A stretch of DNA of 54,784 nucleotides from a virus (IMGVR_UViG_3300042197_004232:1-54784), one strand, 5' to 3'. Counted from the stretch's first letter, positions 35,313 through 46,137 are shown. Numbers and translations: made by a program. Notes: generated by a model not told the origin, from the letters alone.

Positions 35313-35350
35313 TACACGCGGATAAATACCGCGGCAACATAGAGGAAATT

Positions 35351-36724
35351 ATGGGTCGCAAACGAAAAGACGAACAATCGGTCGACGTGTTCTCCGCCAA
35401 CGGCGAGCACCCAGTTATTACGGAGGTCCTCAAGGCGACCGCAGAGGACCAAGACCCGCTTATCGGGCTCCCACTGCCGACGCTGGCCGCCCGGTACCTC
35501 CTGCAGGCCAACATCTTTCCGCTGTCGCGTTTTACGCAACTGCGGGGTGAGTTCAGCGCCGGCAAGTCGGCCATGCTGCTGGAGATTATGCGGTGGTTTC
35601 ACGTGTACGGCGGCGGCGGCATTCTTATTGACACCGAGAACAAGGGGTCGGAGACGATGCTCCGCGGCATGTTCGGGCACAATCCGCAATATGTCGCCCG
35701 CACCAAGGTCACGACGGCCGCCAGCGTCGAAGAATGGCAGGGCAAGTACATGGGGTACTGCAAGGCTATTCACGCGCAGATCGACGCCGCCAACGCCCCT
35801 GAGCGGGTGATCCCGATCTGCATCGGCGTTGACTCTATCTCGGCGGTCGAGGTCGACCGGCGCGTTGAGAAGGTGGCGGAAGAGGGTCACGCCGCGGCCG
35901 GCCACCCCTACTTGGCCCGCAATCTGTCTGACTTTATGCGGACGGCGTTGGTGCCCACGTTGCGGCATTACCCCATCGCGCTGGTGGCCACCAACCACCT
36001 CAAGGAAGAGATTAATTCGATGGGCTTCGGCCCGCCCAAGAAGTACGCCCCGGGCGGAGCGTCACTGGACTACTATCCGACGCTAATCATCGACATGCAG
36101 AAGGCGTCTCGCAGCAACATGACTGCGGGTCGGGCAGAGGGCCAGTCGGTGCGGCTGATTGCGACCAAGAACAATCTTGGGGCTCCGGGCCGCCGGTTGG
36201 TCGTAAACCTCATGTGGTACAACGAAATCGTCTCCAGCAAGGATGCAGAAGGAAATGACTCGTATCGAAATCAACAGCACCATTATTGGGATTGGCACAC
36301 GGCTACGATCCGGCTGCTTATGGATTTACAAGCGGCTGACAAAAAGCCACAGCCCGGCGTTGATCCCAAGTTGCCGGCGCTCGTCAAGCAGGTGTGCGAT
36401 CTTGAGTACAAGCACGGCACCAAGAACGCCGAAGTCCCGCTCGTTTACTCTACGGCTCTCGGCATCTCGAAGCAGAGCGCGCTCTCCGAAGTGGAGGCGT
36501 CCATAGCGCTGGAAGAGAACAAAAAGGTACTGGGTGTGCTGCACGGGTTGCTCGGCGTCAACGAGTACACCGTCTGCAATCCGGCCAAGAAATTCCGGGA
36601 GCAGGTCATGGAGCAGTTGAAGTCGCAGCAGATGACCGACGTGCCCGAACTCATGGCCGCAACCAGCAAGTCTGGCAGTTCGTTGCTGCCCGAAGACTTT
36701 GACCCGCTTGGACAGGTTGATTGA
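35351..36724 (+). CDS. recA: RecA/UvsX-like recombinase
   Basis: GEFSAGKS, LIDTE, GVDSIS, TNHL, APGGASLDYY, TKNNLGAP. Confidence 0.88.
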   Translation: MGRKRKDEQSVDVFSANGEHPVITEVLKATAEDQDPLIGLPLPTLAARYLLQANIFPLSRFTQLRGEFSAGKSAMLLEIMRWFHVYGGGGILIDTENKGSETMLRGMFGHNPQYVARTKVTTAASVEEWQGKYMGYCKAIHAQIDAANAPERVIPICIGVDSISAVEVDRRVEKVAEEGHAAAGHPYLARNLSDFMRTALVPTLRHYPIALVATNHLKEEINSMGFGPPKKYAPGGASLDYYPTLIIDMQKASRSNMTAGRAEGQSVRLIATKNNLGAPGRRLVVNLMWYNEIVSSKDAEGNDSYRNQQHHYWDWHTATIRLLMDLQAADKKPQPGVDPKLPALVKQVCDLEYKHGTKNAEVPLVYSTALGISKQSALSEVEASIALEENKKVLGVLHGLLGVNEYTVCNPAKKFREQVMEQLKSQQMTDVPELMAATSKSGSSLLPEDFDPLGQVD

Positions 36725-36726
36725 GC

Positions 36727-37035
36727 ATGGACGAACCGTTTGGCGGTTACAAATTAAACGACGACGATATCGTGCTGCACGGCTGCCGACTGATTTGCAC
36801 GTGTTCGGCCTGTCCAGAGCAATATGACGTTTTTGACGAGAAAACCGGCCGGCAGATTGCGTACCTGCGGCTGCGGCACGGTTGGTTCCGGGCCGACGTT
36901 CCGGAGTGCGGCGGCGAAACCGTGTACGAATCCAACCCCCGCGGTGACGGCGTGTTCGATGACGACGAGCGCATGTCCGAATTGGGGGCGGCTATTGCAG
37001 CCGTGCGCGCGCATATGGCGGAGGGCGCCAGATGA
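36727..37035 (+). CDS. Conserved phage hypothetical
   Basis: TCSACPEQYDV...YLRLRHG. Confidence 0.75.
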   Translation: MDEPFGGYKLNDDDIVLHGCRLICTCSACPEQYDVFDEKTGRQIAYLRLRHGWFRADVPECGGETVYESNPRGDGVFDDDERMSELGAAIAAVRAHMAEGAR

Positions 37036-37628
37036 CCGACAGCCGAGATCAGTTTTTCGGCGATTTGTTCAACGAAGGGGCGGAACAAACGCACCACTTT
37101 TACCGGCAGTTGTCGTTTGAGCACCGGGCTGTGAAGCGCGTCTTAAACGAGTGTGGCGTCAAGGTGCGCAGCATGGGCCGGTTGGTCAACCTTTGCCGCG
37201 ACGCCACGGGCAATCCTGAATTCAGTTTCTCGTGGTTTAATGGGTATTTTCCTGCGTTCCCGGCGCAACTGGGCGGTAAGAAAATTACGTACGTGGGGAA
37301 ACGCACGAACGAGCAAACGGGGCAGAAAGAAAACGCGTACCTCTATCAACTGACGATCTTGGACGTGTTTCGAGAAAAGTACAACAAGTTATTGACAACA
37401 TTGTCGCGAGCCATGCACCGGGCGGGCGTGGATACACAGCGGCCGTTTGTGTTTCTTTTTCCTGTTGTCAGAACGATGTTTTGCGCGCATAATCTGGATG
37501 TCGTCGGCACCGCCACTGCCGATAAGCCGCGGGCGCAGATGCTTTTTGAATACGAGAAGACGCGATTAGTGATTGAACGCTCGGCGTCACTTTTTGAAGC
37601 AATAGGGCCCGAGTGGTACGACGAGTGA
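37032..37628 (+). CDS. Hypothetical protein
   Basis: ATGA overlap, GGAGG RBS. Confidence 0.75.
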   Translation: MTDSRDQFFGDLFNEGAEQTHHFYRQLSFEHRAVKRVLNECGVKVRSMGRLVNLCRDATGNPEFSFSWFNGYFPAFPAQLGGKKITYVGKRTNEQTGQKENAYLYQLTILDVFREKYNKLLTTLSRAMHRAGVDTQRPFVFLFPVVRTMFCAHNLDVVGTATADKPRAQMLFEYEKTRLVIERSASLFEAIGPEWYDE

Positions 37629-37646
37629 CATTGCGGAGCCGCGGCT

Positions 37647-38786
37647 GTGTTCCCGTCTATGCGTCAAAAATCGCGCGGCGTATTTGCCCCAGTGGCGGCA
37701 CTGGCGTTTAACGCCAAGCAGCGCGACGCGTGCCGCGACTTTTTGGCGCACCGCAGCGAAGACACGGAAGCGCTTCCTATTGTGGACGAAGCGCAACTGC
37801 TGATGGCGGCTGACGGGCGTCTTGTCGAGTCTGGGTACAGGTTTAACGCTGTTGGGTTTTCCGCGCTGGCGACAGCATTAAGCCCGGGGTTAAACAGTGT
37901 GTTTAACGATCTCAGCGGAGAGTCGCGGCGTACCCCGGCGACGAAAGACACCACGGCTGCTGCCGCCGGCGTCTACAACACGGTGCTGAAAGCAAAATTT
38001 GAGTCGTTACGGGAGCGTACGCTCCTGCTCAATCACCGCGAGAAGTCGATTGAAGGCTTTCTTGGGCTTGAGCACCGGATGATGGACAACGTCGTGTTCT
38101 TTGATCTGGTGGCAGAGGAGATCGCCAGCCGACAGGACACGGCGGAATTCCACCGTGCCGAATTGATTGGCCGCGAGTTACGGCTGTATTACTTGGATAC
38201 ACGAACGAAGCGAAGCACCGTACACACAGACCCGTCGCACACGTTTGCGGCTGGCTGGTATTTCTCAAACCGCGAAGACACCGGCGTTGCCATGCGGGCG
38301 ACAACATGCCTTTTCACGAAATTCGGGGCGGCTACAGAACCGCGGTCGCCAGAGACAAGCGTGCGGCACACCGGCGCCGACCTGTCGGGCCGGGCTGGTG
38401 TTTTGATAGCAAAATGCGTAGGCCGCACGCTGAACATGGACGACGTCACCACGGCCGTCCGGCGGTTGGCTGGTATTTCTCTCGGGTTTTCGTCGTCTAA
38501 AAAGGCTGTCGAAGCCTCGACAAAAAAATTGGTTGAGTATCTCGTACGGTTCAAAGTCAACCGCGAAGAGGCAAAACACATCTGCAAGAATGCTGCAATT
38601 GTCGGCTCCGATCTCGTGCCGCGCAGTTTAATCGACGCCTACGACCCGAAAATTCTGGAGGCGCGGTCGCTGTACGATCTGTTCTGTTCAACACTCCGCC
38701 ACGCCAAAAATCAGTATCATGTCACGAGAGATTTGCTGCAGGGCGCGGCAATGCAGATGCTCAATATTGAAGGGATGCAAAAATGA
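37647..38786 (+). CDS. DUF932-like protein
   Basis: GWYFSNRED...RHTG pattern; family call tentative. Confidence 0.5.
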   Translation: MFPSMRQKSRGVFAPVAALAFNAKQRDACRDFLAHRSEDTEALPIVDEAQLLMAADGRLVESGYRFNAVGFSALATALSPGLNSVFNDLSGESRRTPATKDTTAAAAGVYNTVLKAKFESLRERTLLLNHREKSIEGFLGLEHRMMDNVVFFDLVAEEIASRQDTAEFHRAELIGRELRLYYLDTRTKRSTVHTDPSHTFAAGWYFSNREDTGVAMRATTCLFTKFGAATEPRSPETSVRHTGADLSGRAGVLIAKCVGRTLNMDDVTTAVRRLAGISLGFSSSKKAVEASTKKLVEYLVRFKVNREEAKHICKNAAIVGSDLVPRSLIDAYDPKILEARSLYDLFCSTLRHAKNQYHVTRDLLQGAAMQMLNIEGMQK

Positions 38787-38902
38787 AAGCCTTAAACGCT
38801 TTTATGTTCTTTGTGATGGTTATGGGTCTTGTGCTCTCAACTGTTTTTGTATGGATTTCACTCTACTGGCGGGCCGTACCCGTCGTACCTTAAGGAGGAT
38901 TT

Positions 38903-39808
38903 ATGGCTCGCAAAAATTCAGCGACGGCTATCTTAGCCCAGCATTTTGACACGGATGCCGCAGCGGGTCAGCCAGAAACACGTCTGGCCGAGCACGCGAT
39001 GACCGACGAAATGCGCGATGTCGTGTCGGAGATTGACCAGATTTTCGGCGACGTGCAGGTTGCTAGTTTGACGGCGTTCTGGCGGGTTGGAAAGTTGATT
39101 ACGGACGTGAAGAACGCGCCCGAGCGGTATCTGACGCCGGAGCAGCAGGCTGCTCACGTTGACGGCGCATCGCTCATCATCGCGATTTTTGCGCCTGTGT
39201 ACACTGCCGACCAGTTGCGTAGCGCCGTTATGTTTTACGACCGGTACTCCAGCGAGGCCGACATTACCCGGCTGTTGTCGCTCCGAAACCCTGAGCGGCC
39301 GCGCTGGCGACTGACCGTGTCGCACGTACAGTTGTTGTCGCAGGTCGAGGACGAGGATAAGCGGCAGACGCTGGAAGAGCGGTGCGCCGAAGAGGCGATT
39401 ACTGCGCGGAACTTGTCATTAGAACTGCAGGAGATGCGCGGCAAGCAAAAGAATAGCGGCCGGACGCATCAGGCGCCCAAGGGGCTCAAGCAGCAGTTGA
39501 TGGACCTGTTGCAGCATCAGCGCCGGTTTATTGGTCGCTCAGAAAAACTTTGGCTGAACGAAAAAGAAGACAACATTTACGACGACATCGCAAATGCCGC
39601 CCCGGTCAGGATTGACACCACGGTGCGCAGTTATTTCGCCGAAATTCGCGAGAACTTCGACCGCATGTCCGACATGGTCGCCGATCATGTGGCGATGTGT
39701 CGGAAGATCGGCGAAGAAGTCATTGATCGCGACGACGAAGACGCCGAAGAGATTGACGACGAAACGGCCGGCACACGCAACAAGAAACAGTCTGATATCA
39801 CCCGCTGA
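38903..39808 (+). CDS. DUF1016 N-terminal (YhcG-N)-like DNA-binding protein
   Basis: FWRVGKLI, LRSAVMFYDRY, LTVSHVQLL, TARNL; AAGGAGG RBS. Confidence 0.55.
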   Translation: MARKNSATAILAQHFDTDAAAGQPETRLAEHAMTDEMRDVVSEIDQIFGDVQVASLTAFWRVGKLITDVKNAPERYLTPEQQAAHVDGASLIIAIFAPVYTADQLRSAVMFYDRYSSEADITRLLSLRNPERPRWRLTVSHVQLLSQVEDEDKRQTLEERCAEEAITARNLSLELQEMRGKQKNSGRTHQAPKGLKQQLMDLLQHQRRFIGRSEKLWLNEKEDNIYDDIANAAPVRIDTTVRSYFAEIRENFDRMSDMVADHVAMCRKIGEEVIDRDDEDAEEIDDETAGTRNKKQSDITR

Positions 39809-39816
39809 GGTACACC

Positions 39817-40365
39817 ATGTTTTCTGTCCGAAATATTCCGATTGTCATCGAGCCGGGAGTTGGGGCTATTGAAGCCGAATTCTCGGTCGCTGAAGCCAAG
39901 CATAAGCCGCGCGTGTTTCCTGTGCAGTTGTTTCGCGTACAACTAAACGAACACGAAGCGGAGAAGTTGCCGTTCATTCCTTCGGTCAAGCGTCCGCATG
40001 TTTTTGCGCTGACGCACGATCCTGAGGAGTCGGCGGCGTTAATCGTGTATGATTCCGCCGGCCGGTTGTGTGTCGTCTATACGCGAGACGACACGGGTAA
40101 GGCGTGGGAAAAGCGCGAAGTGGCTGCGGAGCACGCTGGCAAGACGATTGCGCAGTTTTCGGTTCGGTTTTCGTTTTCATCCGCCAAGACGCGCGATAAG
40201 TTCATGGAACTGGTCGACAATGTTTTGGCGCAAATGCATAACGACCAGAAACCAAACCACAACGACGTAATGGCGGCGTTTGCGCTCTTGTCCCGTTCGC
40301 GCGTGTCACCGGTGCTGCTGCCGATCGCAGTGGCCAAGAGCAGTTTAAAGAGCGTGAGACTGTAA
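39817..40365 (+). CDS. Hypothetical protein
   Basis: GAGGT RBS. Confidence 0.7.
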   Translation: MFSVRNIPIVIEPGVGAIEAEFSVAEAKHKPRVFPVQLFRVQLNEHEAEKLPFIPSVKRPHVFALTHDPEESAALIVYDSAGRLCVVYTRDDTGKAWEKREVAAEHAGKTIAQFSVRFSFSSAKTRDKFMELVDNVLAQMHNDQKPNHNDVMAAFALLSRSRVSPVLLPIAVAKSSLKSVRL

Positions 40366-40829
40366 TGAAAAAGACAGTGGCTGAAAAGTGGGTAAACGCC
40401 CTGCGGTCCAAGAAATACAAGCAGGGCCGCAACGCACTAAAGATGAAAAACAACAAGACTGGCACCGTGCGGCACTGCTGTCTCGGCGTTCTGTGCGAGT
40501 TGTATCAGCAGGATCGTCGGGCTAATCACGCCAAACCGCTTGCGACAAAAACGGCGTTGTCGAAATATGTTGACGTTGAGTTGCCCAAAAACCGCACGAT
40601 TTACATGTTCGGTGAGTCGCCCGCGGACAAAGACCCTGCCTGCCCGTTGCAGTTGCCGAAAGCCGTCGCGCGTTGGGCCGGTATGGGTCGCGAGTGTTAT
40701 AGCGGCGAACTGAGCGAAATTGTTTATTTTGACGGCGAGCCTCTTCGCGATTTGGCCGGCTTGAACGACGCCGGCTGTTCGTTTGAGGAAATTGCCAACA
40801 TAATCGAGGATCGAGTTAAAGAACTGTAG
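40365..40829 (+). CDS. Conserved phage hypothetical
   Basis: KWVNALRS..YKQG, CCLGVLCEL, LND...FEEIANII. Confidence 0.75.
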   Translation: MKKTVAEKWVNALRSKKYKQGRNALKMKNNKTGTVRHCCLGVLCELYQQDRRANHAKPLATKTALSKYVDVELPKNRTIYMFGESPADKDPACPLQLPKAVARWAGMGRECYSGELSEIVYFDGEPLRDLAGLNDAGCSFEEIANIIEDRVKEL

Positions 40830-40850
40830 TCCGACGAGAACGGAGTCGCC

Positions 40851-41549
40851 ATGGCGGACGGAGCCGCTGAAGCCTGTATCTGCGTTTTGTTTTACGGCGC
40901 AGACGACAAGTACTTCAAACTTGCGCAGCGGGTTTTGAACGAACCAATGCGTTGTCTAGCCGGCCGGAATATTGAATTCCGCTTCGGCTGCAACGCGGTT
41001 GGCCCGGCGACGCACGACTTTCTTCAGCAGCAGATTGCCGACTATTTTCATGACGCGCTTGTGGTAAACAAGCCCGAGAACATCATGAAGTACCCGATTA
41101 TGCGGCATATGTTTCATGACACGCCGATTACCGCTCCGGTTACCATTTGGTTTGACCACGATTCGTGCATTGCGCCCGATGCCGACGCAAATCGGTGGTT
41201 AAATCGTGTGCTGACGCAATTAGGCGGCTGCGACATGCTTGGGTCGATTTATCGTTCGAAACTATCCGAAGCGCAAATTCATTGGATGATTGAGCAGCCG
41301 TGGTTTACCAGCAAACCCGCTGGATCGTACGTGTCGCACGCGCTGGGTGGGTGGTGGGCGATCCGGACGAGTGTACTGTACGAATTTAACTGGCCAGACC
41401 ACACGTTGCGACAAAAAGACGGCGACGTCATTATCGGCGAACTGTGCCGGCAGCAGGGGCTATCCGTCTGCCACTTCCGAGACGACGTCAAAATTAACGT
41501 CAACGACGCCGGCGTCGAGGCGGCTGCGGCGCGGACAATTACGGCGTAA
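40851..41549 (+). CDS. Putative GT-A glycosyltransferase
   Basis: IWFDHDS DxD motif, GGWWAIRT, GDVIIGE. Confidence 0.55.
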   Translation: MADGAAEACICVLFYGADDKYFKLAQRVLNEPMRCLAGRNIEFRFGCNAVGPATHDFLQQQIADYFHDALVVNKPENIMKYPIMRHMFHDTPITAPVTIWFDHDSCIAPDADANRWLNRVLTQLGGCDMLGSIYRSKLSEAQIHWMIEQPWFTSKPAGSYVSHALGGWWAIRTSVLYEFNWPDHTLRQKDGDVIIGELCRQQGLSVCHFRDDVKINVNDAGVEAAAARTITA

Positions 41550-41553
41550 ACGT

Positions 41554-41958
41554 ATGGACATTCAAATCTCCCGTTTAGACATGAAAAAGACGGCAGAACG
41601 GTGGCCGCGCGACCTCCCGTTTGCGCCAGCCCTGTTAGTTAAACAACCAACGGTGGCGCCGAGCCCGTGGATCGTAATCGACGCCCCGATCGTGGCTGGG
41701 CAGGCGCTTAGTACGGCATTCGCGCACAGCGATCAGTACGTGCGCGTGCCGTTGTTTCCGTACCAATTGAGCCCGCAGGCAGACGTGGCGTTCGCGCAGG
41801 TGATCGAATTAGCTATGGCGTGTGTCGGGCAGTTTATCCGCCCGGTAAAGAAACTGCACATCGTGACCGGGAGTCCGGTTGACCTCTTTTACGACGACGA
41901 TATAACTACGGCGACGGGCCTGCGGTATTGGTTTGGGTTGGCATTTGTACTGGAATAA
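41554..41958 (+). CDS. Hypothetical protein
   Basis: Tiling ORF. Confidence 0.65.
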   Translation: MDIQISRLDMKKTAERWPRDLPFAPALLVKQPTVAPSPWIVIDAPIVAGQALSTAFAHSDQYVRVPLFPYQLSPQADVAFAQVIELAMACVGQFIRPVKKLHIVTGSPVDLFYDDDITTATGLRYWFGLAFVLE

Positions 41959-41967
41959 GGAACTATC

Positions 41968-42639
41968 ATGGCAAGTCAGGTAAAAATCGTGGACGCGCTT
42001 AAAACAGAACCGCTCGGACCTACGGGCGTGCAGGTCCCTGTTAAATTTGACACGACAAGCATCAATCAGGCGTTGCAAAAAATGGTGGAACAGGCCACGA
42101 AGACCGCCGCGGCTTCGTACGCTCAGTCGCCTACACCACCCCAGTCGACAACGACAAATCGGATTAACCCGTCGGTGTACATGCGCGACATCGTGACGGA
42201 AATGGAAAAATTGTATGCGCGGTTTGACCGGCTGAAGAAATTAGCGACAGAATTTCACGGGTTGCAAGTCGATACGCCGGTGCCAGATCACGTCAAAATT
42301 CACAGCGTAACGCTCAAGTTTTCGGTCACAAAAAACGGTGAAACGGAAGAGTGCGAAGCGGAAATCCACAATGTGCCGCTCGTGGGCGATTTGTCAAACT
42401 TGATTACGACCGAGTTTGGTTTTTTGATTTCGGCTTTGAAAGACTATTCAGCGCAAATGGTCGACATCTCGACAAAGACAAATGAACGTTGCGGTACGGC
42501 GTTGCAGGACTGGGAGAAACAACACAACCGGCGCATTTTGTCTTCAGGGGAAGCGGCCGTGACAACCGACGCCGCCGCTGACGCCGCCGGCGTCGAATCA
42601 TCCGCGGCTACCACGCCGGTAACGCTGGGGAACGCATGA
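41968..42639 (+). CDS. Hypothetical protein
   Basis: AAGGA RBS. Confidence 0.7.
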   Translation: MASQVKIVDALKTEPLGPTGVQVPVKFDTTSINQALQKMVEQATKTAAASYAQSPTPPQSTTTNRINPSVYMRDIVTEMEKLYARFDRLKKLATEFHGLQVDTPVPDHVKIHSVTLKFSVTKNGETEECEAEIHNVPLVGDLSNLITTEFGFLISALKDYSAQMVDISTKTNERCGTALQDWEKQHNRRILSSGEAAVTTDAAADAAGVESSAATTPVTLGNA

Positions 42640-43481
42640 CGCTAAAGAAATTTAGCCGCAAGCAGGTTTTTAATCGGCGCGCGCGGTTATTTTCTGCGCT
42701 CGCACCCTACATAAACACGGTTATCGCCGGCGACCTCATTCGCGGCGCTGTTAGTGATTTGCTTGTCGCGTTGCCGCCTGCGGTATCGCAAAATGCCGTG
42801 TTTGAATCGGTTCGGGCAATTGCCGGGACGACGTTATCGCAAAAAACAGCCGCTCGGCTTGCGTGGCGGCTGGCCGGCAATATCGACAGATTAATTGACG
42901 GATTTTCGGTGGTACCGTGGCGGTCTCAAGTCGAAGACGAGGTCGTGCCGATTTGCGTAGAAAGCGTCGTGCCCACTCGGCGGCGTGACTGTCACGGCTA
43001 CGTGTTGTATTGCCGCGCGCTCGCCGGTTCGCCGGCAGCAGAACTTATTCCGCAGTTTTTTACGGCAAACAGTCTTCGGGCGATTTCACGCGTCGTCGGG
43101 TTTTCGCCCAACACCCGCGGGTCGTTGCAGTACGCGGGCGTTGCGCAGCATTTCGTCAACTTAATGTTTTTTGCCCATGTGGAAGCGGAACGCAGTCGGG
43201 AGCGTCCAGCTTTTCACAATGTGAGTGTCAGCAGCGGCATGTTAAAAGCCAACAAAGAGTTGCTGGCCGTGCGATGCCGTACAGAACCGTGCCCGGACAA
43301 TTTTGAGCACTTCTGCACGAATTGTTTCAAGGGCTACACCGACTGTCGGTTCGCCACGCACCTCAAGACGTATAACGAAGCCCATTGCAAAACCTGCGAT
43401 TCTGTGTCATTCTTTGATCCAGAAGGCCCCGGGTTAATATGTGTTAACTGCAGCCGGGCGACGCAACATGTATCACAGTAG
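42636..43481 (+). CDS. Hypothetical with Cys-rich C-terminus
   Basis: ATGA overlap; several CxxC. Confidence 0.7.
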   Translation: MTLKKFSRKQVFNRRARLFSALAPYINTVIAGDLIRGAVSDLLVALPPAVSQNAVFESVRAIAGTTLSQKTAARLAWRLAGNIDRLIDGFSVVPWRSQVEDEVVPICVESVVPTRRRDCHGYVLYCRALAGSPAAELIPQFFTANSLRAISRVVGFSPNTRGSLQYAGVAQHFVNLMFFAHVEAERSRERPAFHNVSVSSGMLKANKELLAVRCRTEPCPDNFEHFCTNCFKGYTDCRFATHLKTYNEAHCKTCDSVSFFDPEGPGLICVNCSRATQHVSQ

Positions 43482-43496
43482 TTCACGGAGGAACAC

Positions 43497-44153
43497 ATGG
43501 CTGACATCGGCTACCGCAGGAAGGGCGACACGGGGCCGCTGTACCACCCGGAGCGCGATTACGCGTACATTACGCCCACACTGATGCGCGCCGCTATCGA
43601 GCGGCTGGAGGCCAACGAGCCGGAAGAATGGTACGCGTGGCGGCAAGAGCAAAAAATTACGCAAGAAGAAATTTTGAGGATTGCGGAAGCGCTGGCAGAA
43701 GCGCAACGAGATTTTGTCAACGCTGCCGACCCGGTCTCGTCGTTTGACGCGGCATTGCAGCGGCACGGCTTTCTAGATTGTCGATTTGTAGTGCGGCAAT
43801 ATCTGTTTGCCGCGCTTGGCGAAATCTGCTGCGCGGCGTGGTTTCACGCCGTCCGTGAAGTATCCGTGATGGGTGAAGAATCTCCAGCGCAGACGGACAT
43901 GGCCCGGTTTAGCGCCGCCGTCCGTGAATTCGTCAATAAACATCGCTCGTCCGTGTACGACGTTTCATTTCTGGCCGAAAATCTTCGCATGCGAAACGAT
44001 GTTTTGCGCGCAAGAGAACAGGCGCTGACAAAGCAGTGTCACGCGCAAGCGCTGGAACTGGCTCGCTGCCGTGACGAAGTAGTCCGCGGCAAACACGCCG
44101 CAAACTGTGGATTGTTTACTCGGCTGTGGCGCAGACTTCGCGGGCGCGCGTAA
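43497..44153 (+). CDS. Hypothetical protein
   Basis: GGAGG RBS. Confidence 0.75.
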   Translation: MADIGYRRKGDTGPLYHPERDYAYITPTLMRAAIERLEANEPEEWYAWRQEQKITQEEILRIAEALAEAQRDFVNAADPVSSFDAALQRHGFLDCRFVVRQYLFAALGEICCAAWFHAVREVSVMGEESPAQTDMARFSAAVREFVNKHRSSVYDVSFLAENLRMRNDVLRAREQALTKQCHAQALELARCRDEVVRGKHAANCGLFTRLWRRLRGRA

Positions 44154-44176
44154 CGCGAGCACACTAGAAAGCAAAA

Positions 44177-44821
44177 ATGCCAAAATACAGGATGTACAAA
44201 GATGCTGAAACGTTTGCCGCAAAAGTCGGCAAATGTCCGGCGGGCGCCACGCGATTCCTTGGATTAGATTTAGGGAGCAATTGCGGCGTGGCGGTGTACG
44301 ACCACACCCCCGGAAAAAGACTCTTGCAGGACAAACTGCAATTGTTTCAGTGGGATTTGTCGCCGCAGGGACTGGAATCTGGCGCGGCGCGGTTTGTTCG
44401 TTTGCGCGCGTTTTTAAACGTGACGCGCCCCGAGGTCGTCGGGTACGAGGACGTTAAATACTCTCCGCCCCGAGAGTTTTTTGTCAACAAAAAATTCGGC
44501 ATTCCGGCCGTGTTGTCGCGGGTGGCGACAGCGTCGGAGGTTCTGGGCGGGATGAAGGTGACCGTCGCCACGTGGGCGGAAGAAAACAATCTGGTGTCTA
44601 ACGGGTACGCAATTGCCACAATCAAGAAATACGCAACGGGCAACGGCAAGGCTAGTAAAGAAGAAATGATCGTCGCAGCGAACAAAGCGTTTGGCGCGGC
44701 GTTTGACACTGCGAAATACAAATCGACCGGAATCGACAACGTCGTAGATGCAGCGTTCGTGCTGCTTTTACTGCTACAGAAAATCAGCGCTGGAATGCCT
44801 GCGCCGCCAAATAAACCATGA
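44177..44821 (+). CDS. ruvC: RuvC-like Holliday junction resolvase
   Basis: LGLDLG, GYEDV, IKKYATGNGKASKEEMI, DNVVDA. Confidence 0.85.
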   Translation: MPKYRMYKDAETFAAKVGKCPAGATRFLGLDLGSNCGVAVYDHTPGKRLLQDKLQLFQWDLSPQGLESGAARFVRLRAFLNVTRPEVVGYEDVKYSPPREFFVNKKFGIPAVLSRVATASEVLGGMKVTVATWAEENNLVSNGYAIATIKKYATGNGKASKEEMIVAANKAFGAAFDTAKYKSTGIDNVVDAAFVLLLLLQKISAGMPAPPNKP

Positions 44822-45471
44822 CCCGGCCGTCGTCTTTTATTCAAGTTGACGCAGTCACAAACGCCGATCGCGTCTTGTCTTTATCGTGCGCGGACGTATT
44901 GCGCCAAGCCGGACCCGACATCGCGTTATTCACGCCGGCGCTCCTCGTCACGCACGGCGGCTTTGACCGCGATCCGGTCATGGAATTTTGCGCACGCTTT
45001 CCGCACGAGGCTGAAAACGACAAGCCGTTTTGCATCGACCTTAAACCGTCTACATCCGAACTGTTTTTTGCCGGGCTGGGTGTGAAAGCCATCCCCGGCG
45101 TCGGAGAGTCAGTGCACTGGGGGAAACGCTTATATGGTGTACCAAAAACTCGCGAAGAAGACTGTTTCGCTTTTTTGCACGGCATCATGTTTTCGGAGAA
45201 AGACCGCGGGTTTTTTGCCAGTGTTTTTTCGTACGACATGCGGGTCATTGATCCGACTGGGTGGGTTGGCGAGACCCTGCTCGTAAAAGTATTTGGTGTT
45301 GTGTCTAATCAATTTATCGCGCTGCTCGCTGACAATCCTGCCGGGCCGCCGTATGCGCAGTACGTACCGGTGACGTCGCCGACGGCCGCCATGCAGTTTT
45401 TGCAGCAGCGCAATATTGTGAGTTCGTTCACAGCGGAAGACCCCCTCGATATGCGAGAGCAAGATGAGTGA
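44818..45471 (+). CDS. Hypothetical protein
   Basis: ATGA overlap. Confidence 0.7.
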   Translation: MTRPSSFIQVDAVTNADRVLSLSCADVLRQAGPDIALFTPALLVTHGGFDRDPVMEFCARFPHEAENDKPFCIDLKPSTSELFFAGLGVKAIPGVGESVHWGKRLYGVPKTREEDCFAFLHGIMFSEKDRGFFASVFSYDMRVIDPTGWVGETLLVKVFGVVSNQFIALLADNPAGPPYAQYVPVTSPTAAMQFLQQRNIVSSFTAEDPLDMREQDE

Positions 45472-45883
45472 GGCTGTAGCTGCCACGCCCGCCGGGCTGG
45501 CGTGGCACGTCGTTATTCTGGACACGTACGGCACGTTTTCGACCGAGACGTACGAGACGGCTGACGCGCTGGCGTTGCGGTTGAAAGACCTTGTCGACCG
45601 AGACGTGTCTGTGTCCTGTTTTTGTGGCGCACGCGTACAGATATCAAAACCACCGCTGCGCTACCTGATGACGCCGCAGGGAAACATCCCGCTCTTTGAC
45701 GAACAACCAGACATCGAACCTGACGACACGGGGTATCTTGGCGTTGACCCCAAGCATTTAGAAGACCCGCCTGTGCTGCAGCCGCCAAGAGCGGCAACCG
45801 GTACGGCTGATGAGTTTTTTTCAGACGACGATGGAGATGCCATCAATATTTTTGACAGCGCTCTTCCCGACTCAGATGCCTAA
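45464..45883 (+). CDS. Hypothetical acidic protein
   Basis: Overlap tiling. Confidence 0.7.
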   Translation: MSEAVAATPAGLAWHVVILDTYGTFSTETYETADALALRLKDLVDRDVSVSCFCGARVQISKPPLRYLMTPQGNIPLFDEQPDIEPDDTGYLGVDPKHLEDPPVLQPPRAATGTADEFFSDDDGDAINIFDSALPDSDA

Positions 45884-45951
45884 ATTTTTGCTTATATCGC
45901 GGCATATTTAATGCTCCCGCTTTTGCTAGTGGGGCATAGAAAGAAGGGTCT

Positions 45952-46137
45952 ATGCGTGTTGTTACATTTCGTGGTGTCGCGGTCAAGCGACAGCGAAAGA
46001 TCGCCGACGATAAGATTCTGCTCGTGTTTTACTCCCGGCCGCCGATTGTCGTTACGGCCGCCGAGTGGGAAACCGAGAAACAAAACATGTATTACGACGC
46101 GAGCGTCAAGCGCAGCGACGTAGTACGCAGCCTTTAA
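45952..46137 (+). CDS. Small hypothetical protein
   Basis: GAAGGG RBS. Confidence 0.6.
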   Translation: MRVVTFRGVAVKRQRKIADDKILLVFYSRPPIVVTAAEWETEKQNMYYDASVKRSDVVRSL

